A stretch of 64,000 bases of DNA, taken from sequence record PZ019086.1, one strand, 5' to 3'. The DNA is from a phage. Made by a program: the position numbers and the translations under genes. This document shows positions 9,365 to 19,004 of the stretch, in pieces (the first letter of the stretch is position 1; each line of letters opens with the position of its first letter). The notes under the pieces are model-generated. The model was not told the DNA's origin and did no database searches. It worked only from the letters and a program-made list of their open reading frames with translations.

Positions 9365-9580
9365 TTAAGCCTTTTTATCAAGAACAGCATTCAGTTTGTT
9401 AGTAATTTTATCCAGACGCTCATTGAACTCGCTAGAAGATAGTCCTTTTTCTGGAGAAATTAAGCTAATCACGAAAAATATAGCAATAAAAGGAATAAGA
9501 AAAATAGCTCCAACTGCCATAAACAGAAAGAATGTTACAGTTGTAAGAAAATCAGCTAAACCTTTACGAAATTTATACAT
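9365..9580 (-). CDS. Small membrane protein
   Basis: 71 aa with one long hydrophobic segment FLTTVTFFLFMAVGAIFLIPFIAIFFVISLI. Confidence 0.5.
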   Translation of the reverse strand: MYKFRKGLADFLTTVTFFLFMAVGAIFLIPFIAIFFVISLISPEKGLSSSEFNERLDKITNKLNAVLDKKA

Positions 9581-9695
9581 ATTTTACCCTTAATTGATTA
9601 ACCAAGCATTGATAAGCACTAAACTATATTGCGAATAAAATTCTGGACCAAAATGAAAAATCATATCATTTATAGTGTCCATAATATAATTCAAT

Positions 9696-10166
9696 TTAAT
9701 CATGTTTCCACACCCCATCGGTATTTGACCAAAGTCGCTGATTATCTGATCCTCGCCACAGCTTTTTGGTCGGAAGATTTTTCTCATACTTCCCATCAAT
9801 AATAACATCAACATATTTAAGCATTTCTAGTTGTTTAATATCTTCAAACTTATATCCTGTCCACAACCAAATGCTTTTATTTGGATAAAGATTTTTTACT
9901 GTTTGAACAATGCAATGAATAACATCTCGGTTATCAGGATAAAGAGGGTCACCTCCAGTTATAGTTAATCCTTCTATATAATCATTATTCAAACATTCAA
10001 TTAATTGTTCTAGTGTTTCACCAGTAAATGGAACGCCATTTCTAGCATTCCATGTTGATTTATTATAACACCCTTCACATTTATGCAAACAACCTGTAAC
10101 GAAAAGAACGACCCTGCAACCAGGGCCATTCACAAAATCGCAAGGATAAAATCTATCATAATTCAT
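9696..10166 (-). CDS. nrdG: Anaerobic ribonucleotide reductase activating protein (radical SAM)
   Basis: 156 aa; CxxxCxxC motif CLHKCEGC; directly downstream of nrdD. Confidence 0.85.
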   Translation of the reverse strand: MNYDRFYPCDFVNGPGCRVVLFVTGCLHKCEGCYNKSTWNARNGVPFTGETLEQLIECLNNDYIEGLTITGGDPLYPDNRDVIHCIVQTVKNLYPNKSIWLWTGYKFEDIKQLEMLKYVDVIIDGKYEKNLPTKKLWRGSDNQRLWSNTDGVWKHD

Positions 10167-11980
10167 TGGTGTTTAACCCTATGCATGATTTCTTTATTTT
10201 TGCCGAGATTAAATCCACGTTCGTTCGGATTTCCCAAATAACCGCAAGTTCTTCTTATTGTGTTCATCTTTTTAGGATCAGTTTCTCCACAAATAGAACA
10301 AACAAATCCGTTTTCAGTAGGAGTCATTTCATGGGTACTTCCACACGTAAAACATTTATCTACTGGCATATTAACACCAAAATAATCTAAATGTTGTGCA
10401 GCATAATCCCATACAGCCTCAAGACCTTTTAGGTTATTTTTCATATCAGGAAGTTCAACATAAGAAATGTGACCACCTGTCGCAATGAAATGATATGGTG
10501 CTTCACGAGAAATCTTTTCAAACGGAGTAATATTTTCTTCTACTGAAACATGGAAACTATTAGTGTACCAGCCTTTATCAGTAACATCTTTTACACTTCC
10601 ATATTTTTCGGTATCAAGTTTACAGAAGCGATAACAAAGGTTTTCAGCAGGTGTAGAATACAAGCTAAAAGCAAAACCAGTTCTTTCAGTCCACTGCTTA
10701 AGACGAGCATTCATTTTAGTTAAAATTTCTTGCCCAATATCACGTCCGACAAGAATATTCAATTCGTGAATACCAATGTATCCTAAGGACACTGAACTTC
10801 TACCGTTTTTAAATAACTCAATTATGTCGTCATCAGGTTTAAGACGAACCCCGAATGCACCTTCTTGGTAAAGAATAGGAGCAACAGTCGCTTTAACTCC
10901 TTTTAAGGAACTAATTCTACACATCAAAGCTTCAAAACACAAATCCATTCGTTCATTGAACAATTCGGCAAATTTCTGTTCATTGAATTGTGTTCCAATA
11001 TAAGAATCTAACGCAATGCGAGGAAGATTCAGCGTTACAACGCCAAGATTATTACGTCCATCAAGAATTTCATTACCAGTCGAATCTTTCCATACGCTTA
11101 AGAAACTACGGCAACCCATTGGAGAAACAGGAATAGATGAACCGGTGATAGCTTTATTGTTCTTAGCTGAAATAATATCAGGATACATTCTTTTGCTTGC
11201 ACACTCTAGAGCAAGCTGCTTAATATCATAGTTCGGATCGTCTTTATAAAGATTAACACCTTCTTCAACAAACATAACAAGTTTAGGGAAAATAGGAGTT
11301 ATCCCATCACGACCAAGACCTTTAATACGATTTTTCAGAATTGCTTTCTGAATCATTCGTTCAGTCCAGTCAGTTCCCGTACCAAATGTAATTGTTACAA
11401 AAGGCGTTTGTCCGTTTGAACTAAAGAGAGTATTTACTTCATATTCATAAGCTTGGAATGCATCGTATACATCTTTTTCTGTTTTAGATTGGGCATAATT
11501 CAACGCATCAGCGATTTGCCATTTTTCTGCATCCTCAATATGTTTTGCGTATGTGCGTTTAACATAAGGAGAAAGTACTTTATCTACATTAGCAAAAGTC
11601 GTTCCGCCGTACTGATGTGAAGCAACCTGTGCGGTAATTTGTGCCATAATTGCAGTAGCAACGCCGATTGATTTAGGAGTTTCAATCTGTGCATTACCGA
11701 GCTTAAATCCGTTTTCAAGCATTCCTTTTAAATCTACTAAACAGCAATTAGTAAATGGAAGAGCAGGGGAATAATCAATATCGTGGAAATGGATAATTCC
11801 GCTTTCATGCGCTTTCATAATAAAAGACGGGACCATATTTTTGGCAATGTGTTTAGACACAATACCAGCCATAAGGTCCCGTTGAGTTGGAAAAACACGA
11901 GAATCTTTATTAGCATTCTCGTTCAAAAGGTCTTTATTAGTTTTATGAATCAATCCTTCAATTTCTTTTTCAATTGTCAT
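10163..11980 (-). CDS. nrdD: Anaerobic ribonucleoside-triphosphate reductase, uninterrupted
   Basis: 605-aa continuous ORF; C-terminal glycyl-radical motif RRTCGYLG and a Zn-ribbon cysteine cluster. Confidence 0.9.
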   Translation of the reverse strand: MTIEKEIEGLIHKTNKDLLNENANKDSRVFPTQRDLMAGIVSKHIAKNMVPSFIMKAHESGIIHFHDIDYSPALPFTNCCLVDLKGMLENGFKLGNAQIETPKSIGVATAIMAQITAQVASHQYGGTTFANVDKVLSPYVKRTYAKHIEDAEKWQIADALNYAQSKTEKDVYDAFQAYEYEVNTLFSSNGQTPFVTITFGTGTDWTERMIQKAILKNRIKGLGRDGITPIFPKLVMFVEEGVNLYKDDPNYDIKQLALECASKRMYPDIISAKNNKAITGSSIPVSPMGCRSFLSVWKDSTGNEILDGRNNLGVVTLNLPRIALDSYIGTQFNEQKFAELFNERMDLCFEALMCRISSLKGVKATVAPILYQEGAFGVRLKPDDDIIELFKNGRSSVSLGYIGIHELNILVGRDIGQEILTKMNARLKQWTERTGFAFSLYSTPAENLCYRFCKLDTEKYGSVKDVTDKGWYTNSFHVSVEENITPFEKISREAPYHFIATGGHISYVELPDMKNNLKGLEAVWDYAAQHLDYFGVNMPVDKCFTCGSTHEMTPTENGFVCSICGETDPKKMNTIRRTCGYLGNPNERGFNLGKNKEIMHRVKHQ

Positions 11981-12450
11981 TTTAAACTCTTTCTAAGCTG
12001 CTTCTTAAATGAAGCTATTAATTGTGTTTTAGTGTCAGATTCATTATATTCAAATCCTCTTTGAAGCATCTCAGCCATCATTTCCTCTTTTCCTAAACGA
12101 GAAAATTCCTTTGATTTATCTCCAACGAAGTTAGGGTGAATATTATTTTGGGTGTAATCGGATTTTAAATAAGTAAGTAAATTTTCTAACCATTCAAGAT
12201 AATCAACACCTTGTCCCTTTAAGCCAGAACGATTAAATTTATGCTTCATTTGACCTTCTGCAGCATTACAGAGATTACATAGCAACCCACGTACCTTTCC
12301 TGCTTTTGGTCCATTTAATTCATGGTCATGGTCAAGGTGATTAGCTTGAACATCAGGATTTAGTTCTCGTTGGCAAATTAAGCATTTACCGTTTTGTGCA
12401 TCATAAAATTTCTGTTTTTCTTCTTTGTATAATTTGCCAGTCAATAACAT
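11977..12450 (-). CDS. 49: Endonuclease VII (Holliday junction resolvase)
   Basis: 157 aa; N-terminus MLLTGKLYKEEKQKFYDAQNGKCLICQREL and H-N-H/Zn motifs match my recollection of T4 gp49. Confidence 0.9.
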   Translation of the reverse strand: MLLTGKLYKEEKQKFYDAQNGKCLICQRELNPDVQANHLDHDHELNGPKAGKVRGLLCNLCNAAEGQMKHKFNRSGLKGQGVDYLEWLENLLTYLKSDYTQNNIHPNFVGDKSKEFSRLGKEEMMAEMLQRGFEYNESDTKTQLIASFKKQLRKSLK

Positions 12451-12499
12451 AATAAAACCCTTACCTTGAATAGATAAGGGTATTTATTATTTTCAAGTA

Positions 12500-12964
12500 T
12501 TAAAACGCTCGGTCAGAAAAAGAAATTTGAGTTTCAAGCCATTCAATATATTCTGCCGCAGCTTGCATCAAATTTCCTTCATAACCATCGTTATTTTCTT
12601 GTGCAGCTAATTTAGCTAATGCATATGAAATACGTTCACCTTGAAAAGCGGCTTTAGGTTTATGAATAGCTTGATCAATTCGTTCTACGACTTCTTCAAT
12701 TTCGCCATTTTCTGCGGATTCAGTATTCCACAAGCACCAATACGTAATTGGCTTATCATAGATGTTAATAATCTTTCCATCAGAAAGTTCAATTTCAATA
12801 ATTCCAGTATCAGGTTCTATATCATCTTCGCATTCTTTTGCAAGTTCACGAACTTTAAAGACAGTACCTGCACTAAGTTCCGGCCAGTAATTACACAGCC
12901 CTTTATCAGCACGATTAATTCTAAACCACTTATCTACTGCAATCATATCCCATCTCCATATCAA
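12500..12964 (-). CDS. Hypothetical protein (map position corresponds to T4 pin; identity not verified)
   Basis: 154-aa ORF immediately upstream of gene 49. Confidence 0.35.
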   Translation of the reverse strand: MIWRWDMIAVDKWFRINRADKGLCNYWPELSAGTVFKVRELAKECEDDIEPDTGIIEIELSDGKIINIYDKPITYWCLWNTESAENGEIEEVVERIDQAIHKPKAAFQGERISYALAKLAAQENNDGYEGNLMQAAAEYIEWLETQISFSDRAF

Positions 12965-13069
12965 TTAAGTCATTTATCGTTGGTTCATTATATACTGTTT
13001 CTTCATCAGTGTAAACCGGTTCTTCCGGCTCTGGCTCTACTGTTTCCCATCTAGCCGCCCACCAAGGTT

Positions 13070-13390
13070 TTATAGCGTAATCCATTCTCGTACTGTCTGA
13101 GTTACTACACGTTCACGGGGCTCGACTAGTTCAACAGTCGGAACTGCATAATACCAGTCAGAATGGTAAGAACCTGAGCGAGATTCATTTACAGACACAT
13201 GAACGTTATGTTTTGGACTAAAATAAACGCACTGCCGATATTGGCATTTGCCATCTTGTACCCAATCTTCTATTTCGACAGGTTTAAGATAGTCTGAAAA
13301 ATCAAAATCATAATTTTCTGAAAATGCATCATGGTCTTCGATGATTTCGCTCAGAACTGCATCAACATCTAATTTATTTTCAATAGTCAT
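13070..13390 (-). CDS. Hypothetical protein
   Basis: 106-aa ORF. Confidence 0.5.
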   Translation of the reverse strand: MTIENKLDVDAVLSEIIEDHDAFSENYDFDFSDYLKPVEIEDWVQDGKCQYRQCVYFSPKHNVHVSVNESRSGSYHSDWYYAVPTVELVEPRERVVTQTVREWITL

Positions 13391-13401
13391 TTTTCACCAC
13401 T

Positions 13402-13611
13402 TTAATTTCGCAATTTATTAAGTTCTTCATAATCAATCCAGGATTCTAATCCTGATGGCAAATCAGATTCAATTTCCCAAAAAAGTTCTTCAATTTTCTG
13501 AAGACGATCTAATTCTTCAGCAGGAATAGTAACCATTGACGGAGTTCTTGATACACTAATATCGTAAATCATATTTACCCCAGTTTGACCATACAATCGC
13601 CATATTTCCAT
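13402..13611 (-). CDS. Hypothetical small protein
   Basis: 69-aa ORF. Confidence 0.45.
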   Translation of the reverse strand: MEIWRLYGQTGVNMIYDISVSRTPSMVTIPAEELDRLQKIEELFWEIESDLPSGLESWIDYEELNKLRN

Positions 13612-13790
13612 TTAGAAATAGACTTTTCGCCATTAGAATAATAAACTTCGAGTTTAGCACGATTATTTTTAATTTGAATAACCTTAGCTGTCATCAAAGT
13701 TCCATACCCATAGTAAACTGCAACTTCATCACCTACATATACCGCGCTTCCGCGGTAGTCATGGATATAATCAGTTCCTTTGAGCATCAT
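13575..13790 (-). CDS. Hypothetical small protein
   Basis: 71-aa ORF. Confidence 0.45.
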   Translation of the reverse strand: MMLKGTDYIHDYRGSAVYVGDEVAVYYGYGTLMTAKVIQIKNNRAKLEVYYSNGEKSISKWKYGDCMVKLG

Positions 13791-14050
13791 TTAAAGTATT
13801 CCCGCAATTGGTCAAATCCGCCAATATGACTTCCATCAGGAGCAAATACTTGTGGCATTGTCAAACCAATTTGAGTATCACGACCCAGTTTAGTTAGAAG
13901 CTCAGCGATTTTCTCATCATCAAAAACACCTTTTTCCGGCATAATGTTGATAAATTCAAACGGCTGTTTCTTCACAGTCAAAAGACGTTTTGCATTATCG
14001 CAATACACACATTTATGGATGCTGCTATCATAACCATATACTTTAAACAT
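13787..14050 (-). CDS. nrdC: Thioredoxin (glutaredoxin-fold reductant for aerobic RNR)
   Basis: 87 aa; MFKVYGYDSSIHKCVYCDNAKRLL with the CVYC redox motif, matching my recollection of T4 NrdC. Confidence 0.85.
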   Translation of the reverse strand: MFKVYGYDSSIHKCVYCDNAKRLLTVKKQPFEFINIMPEKGVFDDEKIAELLTKLGRDTQIGLTMPQVFAPDGSHIGGFDQLREYFK

Positions 14051-14051
14051 A

Positions 14052-14309
14052 TTATTCCTTAATTCCTAGTACTTGTTTAAAAGTCTCGTCGTAATCAAGA
14101 CTTTGACCTGTTTGTTCTTTATGTTTGTATATAATATCACTTACTTCTGATAGCATATTTTTATATGAACGAGTTAAAGCAGATTTAAGCACGCTATATC
14201 TATCAGGAAATTTACCATGTTCATTATAATACGCTATTGCTAATTCACGGACTGCTTTTTCAGCAGTCTCCATATATTCTTTACGCTTTGTCATTTTCTT
14301 CTCGGTCAA
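14052..14309 (-). CDS. Hypothetical protein
   Basis: 85-aa ORF. Confidence 0.5.
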
Positions 14310-14598
14310 ATCGGTGTTTGCAATGACGACATTTATAGCGAAGATTACTAGTCTGCCAATGGACTAATTGAACCTGTTCAGTACCGCATTCAGGACAATT
14401 AGGAACGTTTTTAGAAGCCCTTTCGCGACGTTCAACCATAGCCATAATGGCATCCCAAGCTGGAGGTATAAAGTCTAAATCATCGCAACCATGAATCTTT
14501 CCACGCATTTCCAGATCGTCTTCTTCACCAGCCATAATAATTTTAATTAGACTGGAATTACTTGAAGCTGCAATATCTTCTAATAAACGCTTTTTCAT
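14281..14598 (-). CDS. Zinc-ribbon protein
   Basis: 105 aa; CPECG...CRHCKH four-Cys motif. Confidence 0.5.
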
Positions 14599-15524
14599 TT
14601 CAATACCTCAATAGCATTACGTAAACCATTTGCTTTTGCATTAAGAGCTTTTAACAATTTGGTGTGTTCGGCAATCTGGGCTTCAACTTCAACTAGTCGA
14701 GATTTGAGGTATTCACGTTCTTCACTCATGTTATCAATCTTTTCTACTTTAGGCTCTTTTACAACTGTCTTATATGTATTAGGATTCTTCAGTTTAATTA
14801 GAATACGTGAACTGTATAACATTGAACCATTATCTTCGATTTCGTCATACATTTCTACTACGTCCATGATTTTTAACATCATGCGGAGTTTATAAGACAA
14901 CGAACGAATAGTTTTGTTGTGCTTATTAATTTCTCTAGATGTCATGGTGCCGAGATTACGTGAGTAATAATAAGGAACTTGGATATTAATTAACACTGAT
15001 GAACCACCTGGCTTGTGTGTTACTTCATCAGCAATAACCCAATCCTTAACATGAACTGTATTTGTACGGTCATCGCCTGCGGTAAATAGTTTACGAGCAT
15101 GCTTAAAAAGCATATTCACTTGGTCATTAAATTGACAGGCAAATTTATCAGCAAATTTAGTTTCAGGAATGGTAGATAGCCAATCAGCCAAATGGGTCTT
15201 TTTAACATCGTTAACAATAGTAAATTCAACCAAATCGGTTATAGATGTTGCAGATTTAATGAAGCTTGGCTTCATAAAGTTTTTAATGTTATCACGAGCT
15301 ACAGTAGAAGATAACATACGAGAACGTTTAAACCATTCAAGCAAATTGCCTAATGAATGAGAATAGGCGTTCTGAGTATCTTTACAGATATGATTTTCCT
15401 GGCCAATATATTGAAGGAAATCACGAAGAATATTATTGATTACTGCTCTGTGTCCGATCTGATAATTACGGTGTTTAGCAATAAGACTGTCAAAATAATC
15501 AATATAATGTTTACGAGTTTTCAT
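14595..15524 (-). CDS. Hypothetical protein, member 1 of a tandem paralog array; C-terminal coiled coil
   Basis: 309 aa; N-terminus MKTRKHYIDYF resembles the two following ORFs. Confidence 0.6.
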   Translation of the reverse strand: MKTRKHYIDYFDSLIAKHRNYQIGHRAVINNILRDFLQYIGQENHICKDTQNAYSHSLGNLLEWFKRSRMLSSTVARDNIKNFMKPSFIKSATSITDLVEFTIVNDVKKTHLADWLSTIPETKFADKFACQFNDQVNMLFKHARKLFTAGDDRTNTVHVKDWVIADEVTHKPGGSSVLINIQVPYYYSRNLGTMTSREINKHNKTIRSLSYKLRMMLKIMDVVEMYDEIEDNGSMLYSSRILIKLKNPNTYKTVVKEPKVEKIDNMSEEREYLKSRLVEVEAQIAEHTKLLKALNAKANGLRNAIEVLK

Positions 15525-15576
15525 GTTCTTCTCACTTGGTTAATGATTTATACTCCGAGCCATCCTTGGCTTTAAA

Positions 15577-16599
15577 TTACTTAATTAACTGTAAAGCTTG
15601 TTCAAGACGATCCAGGCGATTAACAGATTCTTCCCAAATCCTTTTAGCTTGCTCATATTCTTTCTGCGCTTTATTAGAAATTTCTAGAGCTTCTTTATAA
15701 GCTTTTTCTAATGCAATAACTTCTGGACGAATTTCTACCGGTTCAGGTGAATCGTCAAGACATTCCATTAGTTCCTCAAGGGTAGTTTCTTCTTTAGGAG
15801 TATTCACAATTTCTTCACATTTTTGTTGGTAAATTTCTTTATCAGTCGGTGAGTACGCACACTTTACTTCACGAAGACTAACTACAATTTTATATCCTTC
15901 CCAACCGCATATATTCTTAAAAGGATACGTATGAATATTTTCTACTGTTTCCATACAAAGTAGTGCAGTCTCTAATTGACGAGTTATAGTGCTAGCAATT
16001 GAGAAAAATTTATTAATATTCCTTTGGTTAGTTTCTGGTGTAAAAAATCCATAATTCACAAAAATAGATACTTTATTTTTATCAAGTTCATATTCTTTTA
16101 TGATAATCATATCAGAAGCCAAAGGATGAATTTGACGATAATCGCCATAACATAATTTAGAAGCTGATTTTAGAATCTGTCCTTTGAAAAGCCTGAAATT
16201 ACTAATCCAACGACGAGTAAAAATATTCTCAGGGTCTTCTTTATTATTAAGATGATAAGAATTAACATCACCGAACCAATTATATCCTACTACATCTTTG
16301 GTTCGTTTAATTTCTTTCCCAAAATTACCAAGAATATCTCGATTAACCAAATATGAAAGAAGACGAGACTCTTTAAAGGTTTTCTTGATAACATCTTTAT
16401 CTACACGGCTAGAAATTTTACGAATTTCATGAATAAATTTAACAGAAGAAACAATACTTGCATCAACACTATTGAGCCATTGATTGATAATAGAAATAAC
16501 GCTATTTTGGCCAAACATCGGTATAGCTTTATCATCAATAACGCTATTGAATGATTTGATATATTCGTTACGAGTCATATTAATCTCCTCAGATACCAC
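15577..16599 (-). CDS. Hypothetical protein, member 2 of the tandem paralog array
   Basis: 340 aa; N-terminus ...MTRNEYIKSF; C-terminal coiled coil. Confidence 0.6.
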   Translation of the reverse strand: MVSEEINMTRNEYIKSFNSVIDDKAIPMFGQNSVISIINQWLNSVDASIVSSVKFIHEIRKISSRVDKDVIKKTFKESRLLSYLVNRDILGNFGKEIKRTKDVVGYNWFGDVNSYHLNNKEDPENIFTRRWISNFRLFKGQILKSASKLCYGDYRQIHPLASDMIIIKEYELDKNKVSIFVNYGFFTPETNQRNINKFFSIASTITRQLETALLCMETVENIHTYPFKNICGWEGYKIVVSLREVKCAYSPTDKEIYQQKCEEIVNTPKEETTLEELMECLDDSPEPVEIRPEVIALEKAYKEALEISNKAQKEYEQAKRIWEESVNRLDRLEQALQLIK

Positions 16600-16618
16600 A
16601 TCCTTGTGGCAAAGTAAA

Positions 16619-17641
16619 CTAGTTCAGTGCATTTAGTGCATTGTTCAGTTTAGAACGTTGCTTTGTCAGATTTTGAACCCTTGACTGAGCTTGTTCTAAC
16701 ACCTTTTCAGCTTCTAGCACTTCATTGGTCGCTTTAACTAATTCAGCATCTACTGCTTTAAGAGACTTCTCAATCGCGTCAGCGTGCCATTTTTCTACAG
16801 GTTTAAAATTTGAATTTTCAGTAGGAAGAAAACTCACTTTATTAAGTTTACATGCATCTATATTGCTTGAGCTATACATCCAAAATTTAGGATCGTTTGA
16901 TAAGTAATTGGATAAATTTAAGTTATCTTGCACTTCCTGCTTTTTCTCTTGCGGGACTTCGTCCTTTCTCAAAAAATCGTATTTAAATGAAACGATCATA
17001 TCAAGTTCATACGTTGTTGTGTCTAATTTAAATCGTTCAAAACGAGGTAAAATCTTAGATTGAACAGCAGCAACAACATCCATATACTTAAATGCTTCTG
17101 TCAACTGTGATTTAAGGCATTCACAAATTGAAAGAGAATTTTTTGTATTAGGTTTAAAGCTAATTCGTGCAGTTCTGTTATTTTCTTTTAATGGTCTTAC
17201 TTCCATCTGAAGAGTATAACCATCAAATTTCAGGTTCTTTAAGTTAATATCAGAACCTTTCAATCGACTCGCAGTTGATAAAATTTGCTTTAATTGTCTA
17301 CGGAACAGAGCAATAAATCTCCATTCAATACGATAATGATTTGGATTGAAAAATCCAGATGATAAATCGACCTTACTTTGACCAACGCCTTGAACAAATA
17401 GAGGATTTTTATAATCAATAGTTTTACAGAAATCTGTGAGCTGCTCACGAGCCGTCATTTGTGTAATATACCCCGCTTTACTAAAATTACTCACCCATTC
17501 ACTGCTATTTAGATATTTAAAGTGATGAATAGCACGATTAACTTTATCAGGGTCTAAATTATTTTCACACAAAAATGTCATAACATCACGAGTATCGCTG
17601 GCATTACGAACCATATCTTCAATTTGAGAACGAGTTTTCAT
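16619..17641 (-). CDS. Hypothetical protein, member 3 of the tandem paralog array
   Basis: 340 aa; N-terminus MKTRSQIEDM; C-terminal coiled coil. Confidence 0.6.
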   Translation of the reverse strand: MKTRSQIEDMVRNASDTRDVMTFLCENNLDPDKVNRAIHHFKYLNSSEWVSNFSKAGYITQMTAREQLTDFCKTIDYKNPLFVQGVGQSKVDLSSGFFNPNHYRIEWRFIALFRRQLKQILSTASRLKGSDINLKNLKFDGYTLQMEVRPLKENNRTARISFKPNTKNSLSICECLKSQLTEAFKYMDVVAAVQSKILPRFERFKLDTTTYELDMIVSFKYDFLRKDEVPQEKKQEVQDNLNLSNYLSNDPKFWMYSSSNIDACKLNKVSFLPTENSNFKPVEKWHADAIEKSLKAVDAELVKATNEVLEAEKVLEQAQSRVQNLTKQRSKLNNALNALN

Positions 17642-17649
17642 GGTGTTCC

Positions 17650-18555
17650 TTAAGATTTAAGTAAATCAACAATTTTAATTAACTTTTCACGCTCAGATTT
17701 AGCTTTACTACTCAATCCAGATAGTCTGAAAATTTCATCGTCATACTGTTGAATAGAAATATTCAGCTCTTCAATCTGCTTATTAAAATAATCAATTTGT
17801 TCAGAATGTTTTTCGTTACTGCGAACTGGTACAGGTTTTGTAGGCAATGTAGTTGAACTGGATTCATTCGGGCGATAAATCAAAATGCAATTTGAACCAA
17901 TCGGGCATTTAGCACCAGACGTATATTCTAATGTTCCAGCTTCTTTTAAAACTTCAAAAGCTAAACAGAGATGATGCCCCATATTAACATAATCTGTAGA
18001 GTGAGCTCTGATGTAATAATCATCTCCACGAATACTAAATTTAAAGCATTTAAGGTCTTCTGTATTATTGGTCTTAAAAATCATTTGTTTATCTAGACCT
18101 TTAGCTAATCGAGCGCCTAATGCTAATAATCGTCGTTGATTTTTCCACAAATCCGCAATCATTTGATCGAATGATAATTTTGGCATTAGTCGACCATAAA
18201 GGTCATATCCTTTATTATAATTACGAAGGATTTCACTCGCGTTAATACGAGACAATGCTCCAATTTTATTAAGGGCTTTCATAATGCGATTAGATAAACT
18301 CATTCCAGATCCGTTTGTTCGCTGTAAATGTTTTTCTAATCCAAATCCAATATCAACTTTAAACTTATCTAAAATTTCAGCATGAACATCTCTGTCGATA
18401 ACATTCAAATCCAAAGTTGGGTTAAATCTATGAAAAAATTTATCTGGCTCTCCACGACGAAATACAGTCCATTCATTCATCATTTTTTTATTAACTAATG
18501 ATTTAATTACTGCATTGACATTATTAATTACTACTGACATATTTTCCTCACTCAA
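17650..18555 (-). CDS. Hypothetical protein, member 4 of the tandem paralog array (more divergent)
   Basis: 301 aa; C-terminal coiled coil. Confidence 0.55.
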   Translation of the reverse strand: MSEENMSVVINNVNAVIKSLVNKKMMNEWTVFRRGEPDKFFHRFNPTLDLNVIDRDVHAEILDKFKVDIGFGLEKHLQRTNGSGMSLSNRIMKALNKIGALSRINASEILRNYNKGYDLYGRLMPKLSFDQMIADLWKNQRRLLALGARLAKGLDKQMIFKTNNTEDLKCFKFSIRGDDYYIRAHSTDYVNMGHHLCLAFEVLKEAGTLEYTSGAKCPIGSNCILIYRPNESSSTTLPTKPVPVRSNEKHSEQIDYFNKQIEELNISIQQYDDEIFRLSGLSSKAKSEREKLIKIVDLLKS

Positions 18556-18949
18556 TTTTACTAATTACACGAAATAAGATTGAACAGACTATATAAGTAC
18601 CACATATAGACTGAACTAATGCCATTCCAAAGAACCAAACAATATTATCAAACCATGTCTGTTTTACGTCGAAAGGACGTAAACTTACAGTAATATTATC
18701 ACCTTTTTCTATTGAAGAATACATCTCTGGGGAAATATATTCACTAAATCTATAACCATCTTTGAGTTCATATACGGCAATAAACGATAAACTAGACCCT
18801 TTTCCTTGTGTTCCTGTAATGGTATTAACTACAGTAACATCATAATCTTTATAGTGCATATAATCATTAATTGCGTAATAACCATATGCAACTACTACAC
18901 ATAAACAACATATCAATAAATTCAATCTTTTAATTATCGACTGTTTCAT
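18548..18949 (-). CDS. Membrane protein (two hydrophobic segments)
   Basis: 133 aa; N-terminal LNLLICCLCVVVAYGYYAI and C-terminal FFGMALVQSICGTYIVCSILF. Confidence 0.55.
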   Translation of the reverse strand: MKQSIIKRLNLLICCLCVVVAYGYYAINDYMHYKDYDVTVVNTITGTQGKGSSLSFIAVYELKDGYRFSEYISPEMYSSIEKGDNITVSLRPFDVKQTWFDNIVWFFGMALVQSICGTYIVCSILFRVISKIE

Positions 18950-19004
18950 AATAATCTCAATTAAAAGGGCTTAGAACCATTATACCATCCTTGGTATAAA
19001 GCGG

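Noticed and set aside
9590-9814. 74-aa ORF overlapping the nrdG 3' end
   Set aside because: Overlaps nrdG (156 aa, the expected size) by 119 nt in another frame; a shorter internal start cannot be excluded but nothing supports it.
12500-12964. Firm assignment of this ORF as the Lon-protease inhibitor pin
   Set aside because: Only the map position supports it; I cannot recall enough of the Pin sequence to confirm, so it is reported as hypothetical.
10166-13054. Plus-strand ORFs (10166-10390, 11016-11231, 11783-12064, 12641-13054) antisense to nrdD, gene 49 and neighbours
   Set aside because: Fully embedded antisense in confident genes; low-complexity hydrophobic translations.
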